Assembly: GCA_963752475.1 (NCBI GenBank)
Contig: CAVVYR010000001.1
Coordinates: 32,001 to 96,000, forward strand
Origin: an uncultured Chloroflexia bacterium
GTDB taxonomy: Bacteria > Chloroflexota > Limnocylindria > Limnocylindrales > CSP1-4
Direction: 5' to 3'
DNA: 64,000 bases
The notes under the pieces were generated by a model. That model made no database searches. It had not been told where the DNA came from and was given only the letters and a program-made list of their open reading frames with translations. Shown in pieces: positions 52,100 to 62,275 of the stretch; the stretch's first letter is position 1; each line of letters begins with the position of its first letter. The translations under genes were made by a program, and so were the position numbers.

Positions 52100-52963
52100 G
52101 TGATCGACCCGACCCTCCCCGGGATCTTCATCAGTGGCGACAAGGGCCGTCTGGGCCGAGCGCTGCGCACGGCCGCGCCAGGACCGATCGACGGCTGGGA
52201 CATGCCCGAGCTGGATCTCGACGATCCCTCGACCTGCGCCGCGCTGGTCCGCGAGAGGCAGCCGCGGTTGGTGATCCACACCGCCGCCATGACCGCGGTC
52301 GACCAGGCCGCGCTCGAGCCCGACGTCGCGCTACGTCGCAACGGCCAAGCCGTGGGCGCCCTGGCCGGGGCCTGTCGAGAGATCGAGGCTGGCCTGCTGC
52401 TGGTCTCCACCAACGAGGTCTTCAGCGGCGACCGCACCGACGGTCGTCCCTACCTCGAGGATGATGAGACCGGTCCCATCAACTCCTACGGCGCCAGCAA
52501 GCACGCCGGCGAACTGGCGGCGCTCGAGGCGTTCGATGGTGCCGATGGGCTCTGGATCGCCCGCACCGCCTGGCTCTTCGGGCCACCGGGCAACGACTTC
52601 CCGGACAAGATCACCGCGGCTGCCGACAAGGTCGAAGGCCCGCTTCCGGTCGTCACCGATGAGGTCGGCTGTCCCACCTACGCACCCGACCTCGCGCGCG
52701 CCATCTTCGAGCTCGTGGAGCGCACCGACGGTGGCGTCTTCCACCTCGTGAACTCCGGCTATGCCTCACGCTACGACTGGGCCCAGGCCGTGCTCGCCAT
52801 CCGCCGACCCGGGCGGCAGATGCGCCCCATCGGCAGGGGCGAGTTCGAGCGCAGCTCCGAGCCCCCGCCGTGGGGGGTGCTGGACACCTCGAAGGCGGCC
52901 GCGGCCGGCGTCGAGCTGCGGCCGTGGCAGGACGCCCTGGAGGAGTACCTCCGTGAAGCGTAG
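52100..52963 (+). CDS. rmlD: dTDP-4-dehydrorhamnose reductase
   Basis: G.KGRLG, HTAAMTAVD, YGASK, RTAWLFG, GCPTY and WQDAL motifs. Confidence 0.92.
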   Translation: MIDPTLPGIFISGDKGRLGRALRTAAPGPIDGWDMPELDLDDPSTCAALVRERQPRLVIHTAAMTAVDQAALEPDVALRRNGQAVGALAGACREIEAGLLLVSTNEVFSGDRTDGRPYLEDDETGPINSYGASKHAGELAALEAFDGADGLWIARTAWLFGPPGNDFPDKITAAADKVEGPLPVVTDEVGCPTYAPDLARAIFELVERTDGGVFHLVNSGYASRYDWAQAVLAIRRPGRQMRPIGRGEFERSSEPPPWGVLDTSKAAAAGVELRPWQDALEEYLREA

Positions 52964-53972
52964 GACGCTGTTCATCCCCCTCCTCGTCATCGCCGCGCTG
53001 CTCATCTCGACCCTGCCGGTGGCGGCGCGTGGGCAGATCGCCATCGGCGTCTCCGATCCGCGCGGCTCGAACCTCACGGTGCTGCAGGACCACATGAAGC
53101 TGATGGGTGGCCAGAAGCCGGGGCTGTGGTCGCTTTGGAGCAACTGGGGCAGTCGGGGCGGCAGGTTCTCGTGCGTGCGTGGCCACGGCAACTGCGCCTT
53201 CCCGCTGGAGATGTCGCGGGAGCTGCTGAAGCGGGGCATCACGCCCGTCATCTGGTGGCAGCCGGTGAACCCGGCGCGCGCATCGAGCCCCAAGTTCTCG
53301 AGCTACAAGCGGATCATCCATCACAAGCACGACGCGTACATCCGGGCCTGGGCGCGCGACCTCAAGCGGGCCTCGCGGGCCAATGGCGGCCGACCCATCG
53401 TGGTTCGCTTCGCGCACGAGGCCACGGGCCACTGGTTCCCGTGGTCGATCGGCAAGCACGGCAACACGATCAAGAACTACAAGAAGGCCTGGCGCCACAT
53501 CGACCGCATCTTCCGGCAGGTCGGGGCCCGCAAGCACACCCGCTTCCTGTGGAGCAACTTCCTGCCCAAGCCCAAGGCGTACCCCGGTCACAAGGTCGTC
53601 GACTACGTCGGCGCCACGATCATGAACTACGGCAACTCCGGCGTGGAGGGCAAGCACAAGTGGACGAGCCTGCCCAAGCGGGTGAAGCGCGTGAACGCGC
53701 TGGCCCGGGAGTTCACCAGGAAGCCGCTCTTCCTCGTCGAGGTCGGGTCCAACCATCGCGGTGGCAGCAAGGCCAACTGGATCAGGAGTGGCTACCACAA
53801 GGTCTGGCGGAAGTACCCCAGGGTCAAGGCCATCATGTACCTCGACTCCGACCAACCGCACGAGAACGTGTCGCACCCCGACTGGCGCCTGGTGAAGCCG
53901 TGGGACGGCTCTGCTGTGCGGGCGTACCGGCAGGTCGCCAACTCGTGGAGGTTCAGGGGCCGCCTCAAGTAG
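52953..53972 (+). CDS. Secreted GH26-family glycoside hydrolase, paralog 2
   Basis: Signal peptide; RFAHEATGHWFPW, YPG..VVDYVG and LVEVGS motifs. Confidence 0.88.
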   Translation: MKRRTLFIPLLVIAALLISTLPVAARGQIAIGVSDPRGSNLTVLQDHMKLMGGQKPGLWSLWSNWGSRGGRFSCVRGHGNCAFPLEMSRELLKRGITPVIWWQPVNPARASSPKFSSYKRIIHHKHDAYIRAWARDLKRASRANGGRPIVVRFAHEATGHWFPWSIGKHGNTIKNYKKAWRHIDRIFRQVGARKHTRFLWSNFLPKPKAYPGHKVVDYVGATIMNYGNSGVEGKHKWTSLPKRVKRVNALAREFTRKPLFLVEVGSNHRGGSKANWIRSGYHKVWRKYPRVKAIMYLDSDQPHENVSHPDWRLVKPWDGSAVRAYRQVANSWRFRGRLK

Positions 53973-54111
53973 GCCCCCAAGTACCGACCGCGCCTAGGCC
54001 ATCCGTCATCAGGCCAAGAGCGCTCCTATCTGGGACGGTCCACACCTGAGTGCACCACTCCCCCCAACGGTGCACCCAGGACGGTCAAGTCCCCAGACAG
54101 GAGTCCATCCG

Positions 54112-55111
54112 GTGCGTCGCCTCTCCTTCATCCCGCTGCTGGTCATGCTCGCGGTCCTGTGTACGGCCTTGCCCAGCGCAGCGCGTGGCCCCATCGCCAT
54201 CGGCATCTCCGACCCCCGTGGTGGCAACCTCGCCGTCCTCGACCAGCACATCGCCCAGGTCGGTGCCAAGCCGGCGCTGTGGTCGCTGTGGAGCAACTGG
54301 GGCAGCCGCGGGGGGAGCGGCGTGTGCCGGGCCACGGCAGGCAGCTGTTCGTTCCCATCGGCCACGGCCAACGAGCTCCTGAAGCGTGGCATCACGCCCG
54401 TCATCTGGTGGCAGCCGGTCGATCCGGCACGCCCCGCGAACCGCCAACTACAACAGCTTCAAGCGCATCGCCCAAGGCAAGCACGACGCCTACATCTTCG
54501 CCTGGGCCAAGGCTCTGCGGCAGGTGTCGAAGAACAACGGCAACCGCTCGATCGTGGTCCGCTTCGCGCACGAGGCCTCGGGCAACTGGTTCCCGTGGTC
54601 CATCGGCAAGGCCGGCAACACGGTCAGCAACTACAAGGCCGCGTGGCGGCGCATCGATCGCATCTTCCGTCAGGCCGGCGCCAGGAACAACACCAAGTTC
54701 CTGTGGTCGAACCTGATGCCCTCACGGCTGCACTACCCAGGCGACCGCTACGTCGACTACATCGGCGCGACGGTCATGAACTACGGCAGGGCCCGGCAGT
54801 GGCGGTCGATGAACAAGGTCGTGACCAAGGTCGTCTCGCGTGCCCGCAAGTTCAGCCGGAAGCCCATCTTCCTCGCCGAGGTCGGCTCCAGCCACCAGGG
54901 CGGGAACAAGGCCGGCTGGATCAGGACCGGCTACCTGCAGACCTACAAGCGGTACCCACAGGTCAAGGCCATCATGTACCTCGACACGAACGCCCCGGCC
55001 CTGCGCGTCAAGCACCCCGACTGGCGCCTGCTCAAGCCGGCTGGTAGCTCGGCCGTGGCGGCCTATCGCGCGCTCGCCAAGTCGCCCAAGTTCAGGGGTC
55101 GCATCAAGTAG
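54112..55111 (+). CDS. Secreted GH26-family glycoside hydrolase, paralog 3 (one frameshift near 54435)
   Basis: RFAHEASGNWFPW, YPGDRYVDYIG and LAEVGS motifs; N-terminus parallels paralog 2. Confidence 0.85.
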
Positions 55112-55179
55112 GCGCAGCGCCACGGCAAGTAGGCGCAGCGCCACGGCAAGTAGGCGCAGCGCCACGGCAAGTAGGCGCA
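55105..55179. repeat. 21-bp tandem repeat x3.5 containing the GH26 stop codon
   Basis: CAAGTAGGCGCAGCGCCACGG three times, then CAAGTAGGCGCA. Confidence 0.92.
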
Positions 55180-55548
55180 ACACTCCCGACCAAGCGGAAC
55201 ACACTGGCGTCGGCCGGCCAGGTGCGTCACTGGCTGCCAGGACTCGGGCTGCGACGCGGACGGGCATCGCACTGGTGGCCAGTCGTCGCCTGAGCCGACC
55301 GTAGTCGACCTGGTAGCCACCTTCAGCGACGCCGAGCCACCGGCCGCCGCAGATCCCGTGCGTGCCAGGGCATAGTGGATCGACCCGGGGCCTGCCGAGG
55401 GCGATGATCCGGTTCACGATGTCAGCCTACGGTCGGCTCAGGCGACACCTGTCTACAAGGAACGACCAGACCGGCCGATAGCGTCGCTCCCACCGACGAG
55501 TGACCACCAGACGCCGGTGGCAGCGTGCCACGAAGCGCGATGCACGAG

Positions 55549-57390
55549 CTAGAAGCTCTCGTTGTAACGCTTGAAGAGGGCAAGGTCGAGCCGGTTCAGC
55601 TGACGTAGTCGTTTGCGCACGGGCTTGGGCGGATCGAACGAGTCTTCCCCGGCGGGATCGGCGTTGACCACCCCGAAGGACGGCAGCGTCAGGCCCATGG
55701 CGTCGCCCAACAGGATGGCGCTGCGCCGCATGTTGCTGCGCATCAGGACCGCGTCGAAGTCCGACTCGATGTGGGCGATGGCCTCCTCGAGCATGTCGTC
55801 CGTACATTCGCCGAAGGGCACGTCGGGGCGACCCGAGATCGTCCTGACCATGGCGTTGTCGGCCTCGATACGGCGACCGTCGAAGACCCACGACTCGAGC
55901 GACGGCCCAGGCTTCCCGGCCGCCCGATAGAGCGAGAGGATCCGGCCGATGGGGTGGCGCAGCATCACCGCATACCGCGCCGGGTCCGTCAGCTGGTCAT
56001 GCAGTCCGTAGCCGAAGTCGCCGACGATCACCGTCAACCCGCCACGGTCGGCGAACCTGGAGGCGGTGGGCCCGTAGGCCTCGGCGTACTCCCCTGCCGG
56101 CACCGTCGAGCGCAGGGCCTCGCGTACGGCCCCGCCGCCGCTGCGTGGGATGTGCATGAAGAGCAGCGTGGGGTGGTCGGCCGCCCGCGTCGATGCCTGG
56201 GCCGCAAGGTGTTCGCGCAGCGGCTCGAGACGGCGAGCGACCTCGTCGACCAGATGCCCCAGGCCGGCCTCGCCAAGGCCCTCGAGGATGTGTTCCACCG
56301 AACCGATGCCGAGGTGGCCGGGTCGTGCTGCCTGCGTCTCGGCCCAACGCAGGACGTCGGCATCACGCGCTCTGTTCCAGGCGGCCTCGTCCCAGGTCGG
56401 CCGCAGATCGGTGCCACGACGTGCGAAGGACTCGATGAGTCGGTCGGGGTCAGCCACCGAGAGACCCTTGGGCAACGCCGGCCGACCCGTCGGCAGGATG
56501 CCGTGGACGAGCTTCGTGGCCACCTCGTCATAGGCCAGGCCGCGAACGCGGGGGCGCAGGTTGGCCGCTGCGAGGTGGGTGCCTGGTCGGCGCTCGAGCA
56601 CACCCAGGTCGGCTTCGATGCGACCCAGCAACTGGAGCGCATGCAGGGCCGAACCCTCCGCCATCACGACGTTGGAAGCGGCACGGTAGTTCCGCAACTG
56701 CTCGGGCAGTGACTGGGCCTCCGGTCGAAGCACACGCACGCCGGCCGCACGCAGGGAATCCTCGAGATAGGGCTCGCCCGCGAAGCGCGCCTCCATCCCC
56801 GCACGCGAGACGTAGAGCAGCCCGTCCGTGCTCGCCGGCCGGCCGAGGCGTTCATGGCCCAACGCGTCGAGGGCGTCGAGATAGCCGACGTCAGGGCCGG
56901 GTCCACCCAGCTGCTCTGCCTGAGGAGCCACGAAGAGCTCCGCCACCCGGGTCGGCACGGCGATGATGCGAACGCGCTCAGGGGGCACACCGAACCAGTC
57001 GAGGATCGCGCGGAACCAGGCCGGAGCCGTGTCCAGATCGGCATAGCCGAGGTCCGGTCGGGAGGCGAAGGCAACGGGCAGGTCCGGCCGCGCCCGGACG
57101 GTCGCCACGAGACGGGTCGAGAAGTCAGCCACCTGATGCCCGAAAGCGTCTGCGATGGCGCCGCCCCAGGCCATCGGTCCGGCTTCGACGAGCGGGCCTT
57201 CGGGGTCGGCCGGCCGAACATCGACCGGCTGACCTGCACGTCGGTGACGTGGCCTGACCTGTTCGTCCCAGTCGGGCCAGATGGGGCCACCGCGATGGAT
57301 CTCACCGTCTCTCCAGCGGTCGAGCAGGTCGGAGTACGGCACGACCACCACATCGCGGAAGGTCTCGCCGTTGGGTGCTCCGTCAGTCAT
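55549..57390 (-). CDS. GT61/DUF563-like domain fused to a sulfotransferase-family domain
   Basis: FGHQVADF, LYVSR, PE...L.EQL and EGSALH; then FMHIPRSGG, RHPIGRILS and LNRLDLALF. Confidence 0.8.
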   Translation of the reverse strand: MTDGAPNGETFRDVVVVPYSDLLDRWRDGEIHRGGPIWPDWDEQVRPRHRRAGQPVDVRPADPEGPLVEAGPMAWGGAIADAFGHQVADFSTRLVATVRARPDLPVAFASRPDLGYADLDTAPAWFRAILDWFGVPPERVRIIAVPTRVAELFVAPQAEQLGGPGPDVGYLDALDALGHERLGRPASTDGLLYVSRAGMEARFAGEPYLEDSLRAAGVRVLRPEAQSLPEQLRNYRAASNVVMAEGSALHALQLLGRIEADLGVLERRPGTHLAAANLRPRVRGLAYDEVATKLVHGILPTGRPALPKGLSVADPDRLIESFARRGTDLRPTWDEAAWNRARDADVLRWAETQAARPGHLGIGSVEHILEGLGEAGLGHLVDEVARRLEPLREHLAAQASTRAADHPTLLFMHIPRSGGGAVREALRSTVPAGEYAEAYGPTASRFADRGGLTVIVGDFGYGLHDQLTDPARYAVMLRHPIGRILSLYRAAGKPGPSLESWVFDGRRIEADNAMVRTISGRPDVPFGECTDDMLEEAIAHIESDFDAVLMRSNMRRSAILLGDAMGLTLPSFGVVNADPAGEDSFDPPKPVRKRLRQLNRLDLALFKRYNESF

Positions 57391-57484
57391 GGTCGCGAGT
57401 GTGGCATCGATCGGCGTCCGCATCCTGCCCGGAGCCCCCACGCGGAGGGACCGAGGCCGGCGCCCGGCGGAATAGACTGTATGC

Positions 57485-58132
57485 ATGCGAGGAGACGTCA
57501 TCCTCATCGAGGAGGAGCACCGTCGCGCCGCCAAGCGCATCGTCGATGCCCTCGTCGACACCATCAGGTCAACCGAGCGGCCGTTCACCCTGACCGTCGC
57601 CGGCGAATCGGGCAGCGGGAAGTCGGAGACCGGACAGGCGCTGGCCGAGGCCCTCGATGCGCACGGGCTCCGGACGGTGGTCCTGCAGCAGGACGACTAC
57701 TACGTCCTCCCACCCAAGTCCAACGCTGCGGCACGGAGGGCGAACTTCTGTTGGGTCGGGACCACGGAGGTCCGCCTCGACCTGCTCGATTCGCACCTCG
57801 AGGCAGCACAGACGGGTGCCGCCTCGATGGTCAAGCCGCTGGTGATCTTCGACGAGGACCGCATCGACGAGGAGACCGTCTCGTACGAGGGCGTGGATGT
57901 CGTGATCGCGGAGGGCGTGTACACGTCGTTGTGCGACCACGTCGACCGGCGGATCTTCATCGACCGCAGTCGCCTTGAGACGCTGCAACATCGTCTCAAG
58001 CGCGGCCGCGAGGAGACCGACGCCTTCCTCGAGCGAGTCCTCACGAAGGAACACGAGATCATCGCGCCGCATCGAGCCCGCGCCGACATCGTCATCACCC
58101 GCGACTATGACGTCGAGTTCGTGAGGGCATGA
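57485..58132 (+). CDS. Uridine kinase/phosphoribulokinase-like P-loop kinase
   Basis: AGESGSGKS Walker A, QDDYY, VIAEG and RLKRGRE motifs. Confidence 0.85.
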   Translation: MRGDVILIEEEHRRAAKRIVDALVDTIRSTERPFTLTVAGESGSGKSETGQALAEALDAHGLRTVVLQQDDYYVLPPKSNAAARRANFCWVGTTEVRLDLLDSHLEAAQTGAASMVKPLVIFDEDRIDEETVSYEGVDVVIAEGVYTSLCDHVDRRIFIDRSRLETLQHRLKRGREETDAFLERVLTKEHEIIAPHRARADIVITRDYDVEFVRA

Positions 58133-58142
58133 TCGCCGCGCC

Positions 58143-59051
58143 TCAGATACCGTCCGGGCGGATCTCCTCCAGGATGGAGCGCGCCAGCTCGGCTGAGGCG
58201 GCCTCGAAGGTCGTCCGCTTGTCAGGTTCGCTGTAGACGAAGTCACCACACATCTCGAACCCGCCCATCAGCCCCTTGGCCGAGGCGTGGCTGCGGCGGG
58301 TGTCTCGAGGAAAGACGTGGATGGTCGGCGTGGTCGGCGGGCCGGCCACGAGGGCATTGACCCGATGGTGCGCCGGGTCCTGCCGACGCCAGTCAGCGAC
58401 GAAGTCCAGGGCCGGTCGGCGTCCGGCGGAGAACCGTCGAAGGGCGGTCGGGTAGCGGTCCTCGAACCCGTCAGGCAGCTCCTCTACGGGAAACGGCTCT
58501 CGGCTCGTCTGGAGGTGGAGATGCCAGGGGATGGACGCACCACCATGTGGCGCGTTGTAGATGACCCGGTACTGGCCGCCGGTCTGGGCGTGGAGGTCGA
58601 GCATCGCCGCCAGCGTGTGCTCGGTGAACTCCTGGTCCCGATGCTCAGCGGTCATGACGGTGAAGTGCCCCTGGGCGATCCAGGCGAAGTTGGCCCCGGC
58701 GTAGTAGTCGTGTCCGGCGAGGCGAAGCGGCACCAGCTCTTCCTTCGGATTGCTCACCCGGATATTGCCGGCGCAGAGGAAACAGAAGCGCCCGGGAGGG
58801 TCGCGCGGATCGCGGAACAGCTCGGCGTCACCACGGTCGGTGCTGACGATGCCCCGGGCCTCCAGCTCAGCCAGGTCGGCGCGCAACTCCCGGTGCGGCA
58901 GCCAGCGGAATCGGAAGGCCACGCCCGAGATCGGGTCGTCCACCTCGCGGACCTCGATCTCGTCCGCAGCGGGGAGCAGGAAGCCGACCCGGCCCTGGTC
59001 CCGCCAGACCCGGTCGAGCACGGTCGCCAGCGGTTCAGCCGGCGTCGGCAT
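58143..59051 (-). CDS. GalT/HIT-superfamily nucleotidyltransferase/phosphorylase-like protein (DUF4922-like)
   Basis: CFLC zinc motif, HFTV..EHRDQ and YN..GGASIPWHLHLQ (HxHxQ). Confidence 0.72.
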   Translation of the reverse strand: MPTPAEPLATVLDRVWRDQGRVGFLLPAADEIEVREVDDPISGVAFRFRWLPHRELRADLAELEARGIVSTDRGDAELFRDPRDPPGRFCFLCAGNIRVSNPKEELVPLRLAGHDYYAGANFAWIAQGHFTVMTAEHRDQEFTEHTLAAMLDLHAQTGGQYRVIYNAPHGGASIPWHLHLQTSREPFPVEELPDGFEDRYPTALRRFSAGRRPALDFVADWRRQDPAHHRVNALVAGPPTTPTIHVFPRDTRRSHASAKGLMGGFEMCGDFVYSEPDKRTTFEAASAELARSILEEIRPDGI

Positions 59052-60410
59052 CGGTCTCCGTCCGAGCACCAAACCCCAGGTCGTCGAGGAGGTCGCGGGT
59101 GCGGTGCGCCCACGTGAAGTACGGGATGGTGATCTCCAGCGCCCTCTGCCCCATCTGGTCGCGCAGCGCATCATCGCTGAGCAGCATCGTGAGGGCGCGG
59201 GCGAAACCGTCGATGTCGTCGGCCGGTACCACGATGGCCGCGTCCCCCGCCAGCAGGTCACCGCCAGGCTCGCTCTCGAGACGCTTCGCCGCCGGGCCGA
59301 GGAGGTACTCGGTCACGAAGGGCACGAGATCCGAGGCCACCGTGGGCACCGCCGTCGCTGCTGCCTCCTGCGCACTCATGCCGAACCCCTCCATGACCGA
59401 GGGGGTGCAGTACACCGCGGCCGCGGCGTACAGACACGGAAGTTGCTCCCAGACGGACCCCAGGGTGATCACGTCACGCTCCAGGCTCAGCTCACCGATC
59501 AGCGCGACGACCTCCTCGTACGCCTGGCCGCCTCGATCATCGAGCGCGACCACGAGCAGGCTGTCGGGGATACGCTCGCGCACCTGTGCATAGGCCTGGA
59601 CCAGGACGTCCTTGCGCTTGGTGCGGTCGGTCCGGCTGATCTCCAGGATGATCCGGCGCGTCCGTAGTTCGGATGCCGAGAAGGGCGAGGACTGGGCCAG
59701 GAAGTCCCACACCGCGTCGCACTCACGAGGCGCTCGGGGGTGGTACCGATCGGGATCGACGCATGGGGGCAGGAAGTAGCGGGGTTGGTACCCGTAGTCG
59801 TCGACGAAGCTGTCACGGATGGCGCTCGACGTCGCCACCGCGCCGTCGATCCGCTCGAGCAGGGCACGCTCGTGGGCGATCCGCTCGTCGATGCGGATGT
59901 CGGCCCAGCTCGAGGGGTCGGTGTTCCGCTTCTTCAGCGCGCCCAGGGAGTGGGGCACCCAGATGTGGGGCACGTCGCGCCCTGAGAGCTCGTTCAGCGC
60001 GACGCCGATCGATGCTGCGTCCCAGTAGTGGGAGATGACGAGGTCGTAGCCGGAGCCCTCATCGGCCAGCTTGCGATGGAGGTCGGCGGCCAGTGGGGCG
60101 ACGTGCTCATCCATGTCCTCCTTGCGCACGAACGCCGGTGTGCCGTCCTCGATGTAGAGGATGCGGGCCCTTCCTGAAGGGTGGTCCACGACGCCGGTCT
60201 GCATGTCGCCGCTGACCGGGTGCGGATAGCCACCCCGGTTGACGATCGTGACCCGGTAGCCCTGCTCGATGAGCGCGTCGGTGAACTGGTTCACGTACAC
60301 GTTCTGGCCGCCGGTGTCCGGCATCCCGGGCGTCACCTGCCACTCGTGCACGCCGTGGTTGGTGATCATGAGGATGTGCCGGTCCCGGGGTAGATTTCGT
60401 GAAGGGTCAT
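59035..60410 (-). CDS. Sucrose-phosphate/mannosylfructose-phosphate synthase-like GT4 glycosyltransferase
   Basis: HG, DTGGQNVYV, SHYWDA, HSLGALK, RI..E and EGFGM...EA motifs. ATG overlaps the GH32 stop; probable frameshift near 60385. Confidence 0.85.
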
Positions 60411-61335
60411 GCCGGATACACGTCTGCGAATGGCACCGGATCGATGATCTCACCGACGAACTCGGCCATGCTCCGAACCATCGTGGAAGCCGATCACCTG
60501 CCACTGCCCGGCCCGGTCCCTGACGAGCCGCGCTGCGTACAGGTCAGGCACAGCCAGCGGCCGCGCCCCGGCGATGTCCCATGGCCCCAGCAGCGACTCC
60601 CCGACGGCCACGAAGGAGGTGTCGCCTGGCTCTCGCCGGGTGTCGCTGCGGACGACGCCGGGAACCGATCGGCGGCCACCGAGAACAGCAGAACCGGCTT
60701 GCCATCGACGATCTCGACCTGCGGCACCTCGAGATGGCCGAAATGCCCGGCTCGGACAACGGTGGTCGCACCTCCCACGTGATCAGGTCCGGCCGACCAC
60801 GCGTGCCCGATGACTCCCCGTGCGTCGGCCGGACCGCGGTTGGCGCGGGCGGTGATGAGGGCGTGGAAGCCGTCACCACCAGGATCACGGGTCGATCCAC
60901 GGGTCACGCCAGGCGTCATGCTCGACTCGCTCATACCAGCGAGGGTCCAGCTCGATGAGGGGATTGCGCGGGTGCTTGACCCAGGTGGAGAGGTCGGTCG
61001 ACGTGGCCAGCCCAATGCGCTGATCGACCCCGTCGGGCACAGCCCTCCCACCGGTGTACAGCCAGTACCACGTGCCCTCATGTTCGATGACCGAGCCGGT
61101 CCAGGTGGCCATGTCCTCCCACGAGCCCGCTGGCCCGGGCCCGAGTGCGTCAGGCTCAAGCACGCGCCAGTCGCGCAGGTCGGTCGAGACCGCATGGCCA
61201 ACGGTGGCGTGCCAGTGTCGATCGGACTGATCGCTCCAGCGAGCGCGGCGCCTGCAGGTAGAAGAGGTGGAACTCCCGGCCGGTATCAGCGATCCAGGAG
61301 TCCCAGACCCACTCATCCTCGAGCTTGAGGGCCAC
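60407..61335 (-). CDS. GH32/GH68-clan beta-fructofuranosidase (frameshifted)
   Basis: WVWDSW, HLFYLQAP, GHAVS.DL..W, WTGSV, WRDPW and HLEVPQ motifs. Confidence 0.85.
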
Positions 61336-61338
61336 CCC

Positions 61339-62274
61339 CTAGCCCTTCACGCCACTGGCCGCGATCGATTCGACGAACGTGCGCTGGATCGCCAGGAACA
61401 GGATCAGGACGGGGATGGTGATGAGCGTGAGGTAGGCCATGAGCTCACCCCAGGGCGTGTTCATCTGGAAGAAGAACGAGACGCCCACCATCACCGGTCT
61501 GGAAGCCTCGGTCTGGGTCACCATCAGCGGCCACAGGTATGAGTTCCAGATGGGCAGGAACGTGAGGATCGCCACCGTCGCGGTGACCGGCCCAGAGAGG
61601 GGCATGATGATCCGCCGGTAGATGGTGAAGAAGCCCGCGCCATCGATGCGCGCAGCCTCGTCAAGCTCCACGGGTAGCGACTTGAAGAACTGCACGAACA
61701 GGAAGATCGAGAAGGCATTGGCCATGAACGGCAAGATCTGCACCTGGTACGTGTCCAGCCAGCCCGTCTCGAGAACGGGCATTCCGCCTTCGAATGCCAG
61801 CGTCGGCAGCCGGCTGACCATGAACAGCAGCGGGATGGCGATGGTCTCGAAGGGCACGATGAGGGTGGCGATGATGATGGTCAGGGCCAGCCCGCGCCCG
61901 CGCCAGTTCATGCGCGCGATGGCGAAGCCGGCCATGCTGTTGATGATGATGCCGAAGGTCACCGTCACCGCGGACACGAGGATGGAGTTGAAGAGGAAGC
62001 GGGCTGCCGGCACCCGCTCGAAGACACCCTCGTAGTTCTCGAGCGAGATGTCGCCCACGGGCAGGAAGGCGCGGATGGAGTTCGTGTCGGACAGCAGCTG
62101 CAGGTCCGGCTTCAGCGAAGACACGAACATGTAGACGACCGGGAAGAGGAACAGGAAGGCCAGGAAGATCATGGCGGCATAGCGACCGACCAGGTTCCAG
62201 TCGGGGCCGGAGCGCCCGGTGTTCGAGTCAGACCCGCTGGGCGGGGTCGGGGCCGTCGTCTCATTCATGGCCAT
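61339..62274 (-). CDS. Carbohydrate ABC transporter permease
   Basis: ELDEAARIDGA (EAA loop) and WNSYLWPL; TM helices. Confidence 0.95.
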   Translation of the reverse strand: MAMNETTAPTPPSGSDSNTGRSGPDWNLVGRYAAMIFLAFLFLFPVVYMFVSSLKPDLQLLSDTNSIRAFLPVGDISLENYEGVFERVPAARFLFNSILVSAVTVTFGIIINSMAGFAIARMNWRGRGLALTIIIATLIVPFETIAIPLLFMVSRLPTLAFEGGMPVLETGWLDTYQVQILPFMANAFSIFLFVQFFKSLPVELDEAARIDGAGFFTIYRRIIMPLSGPVTATVAILTFLPIWNSYLWPLMVTQTEASRPVMVGVSFFFQMNTPWGELMAYLTLITIPVLILFLAIQRTFVESIAASGVKG

Positions 62275-62275
62275 A

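Noticed and set aside
55105-55179. Possible CRISPR array
   Set aside because: The repeats are contiguous with no unique spacers, and there are no cas genes.
55186-55417. Small minus-strand gene starting at GTG 55417
   Set aside because: A leaderless-type -10 is present, but no frame gives a recognisable protein, so I did not call it as a feature.
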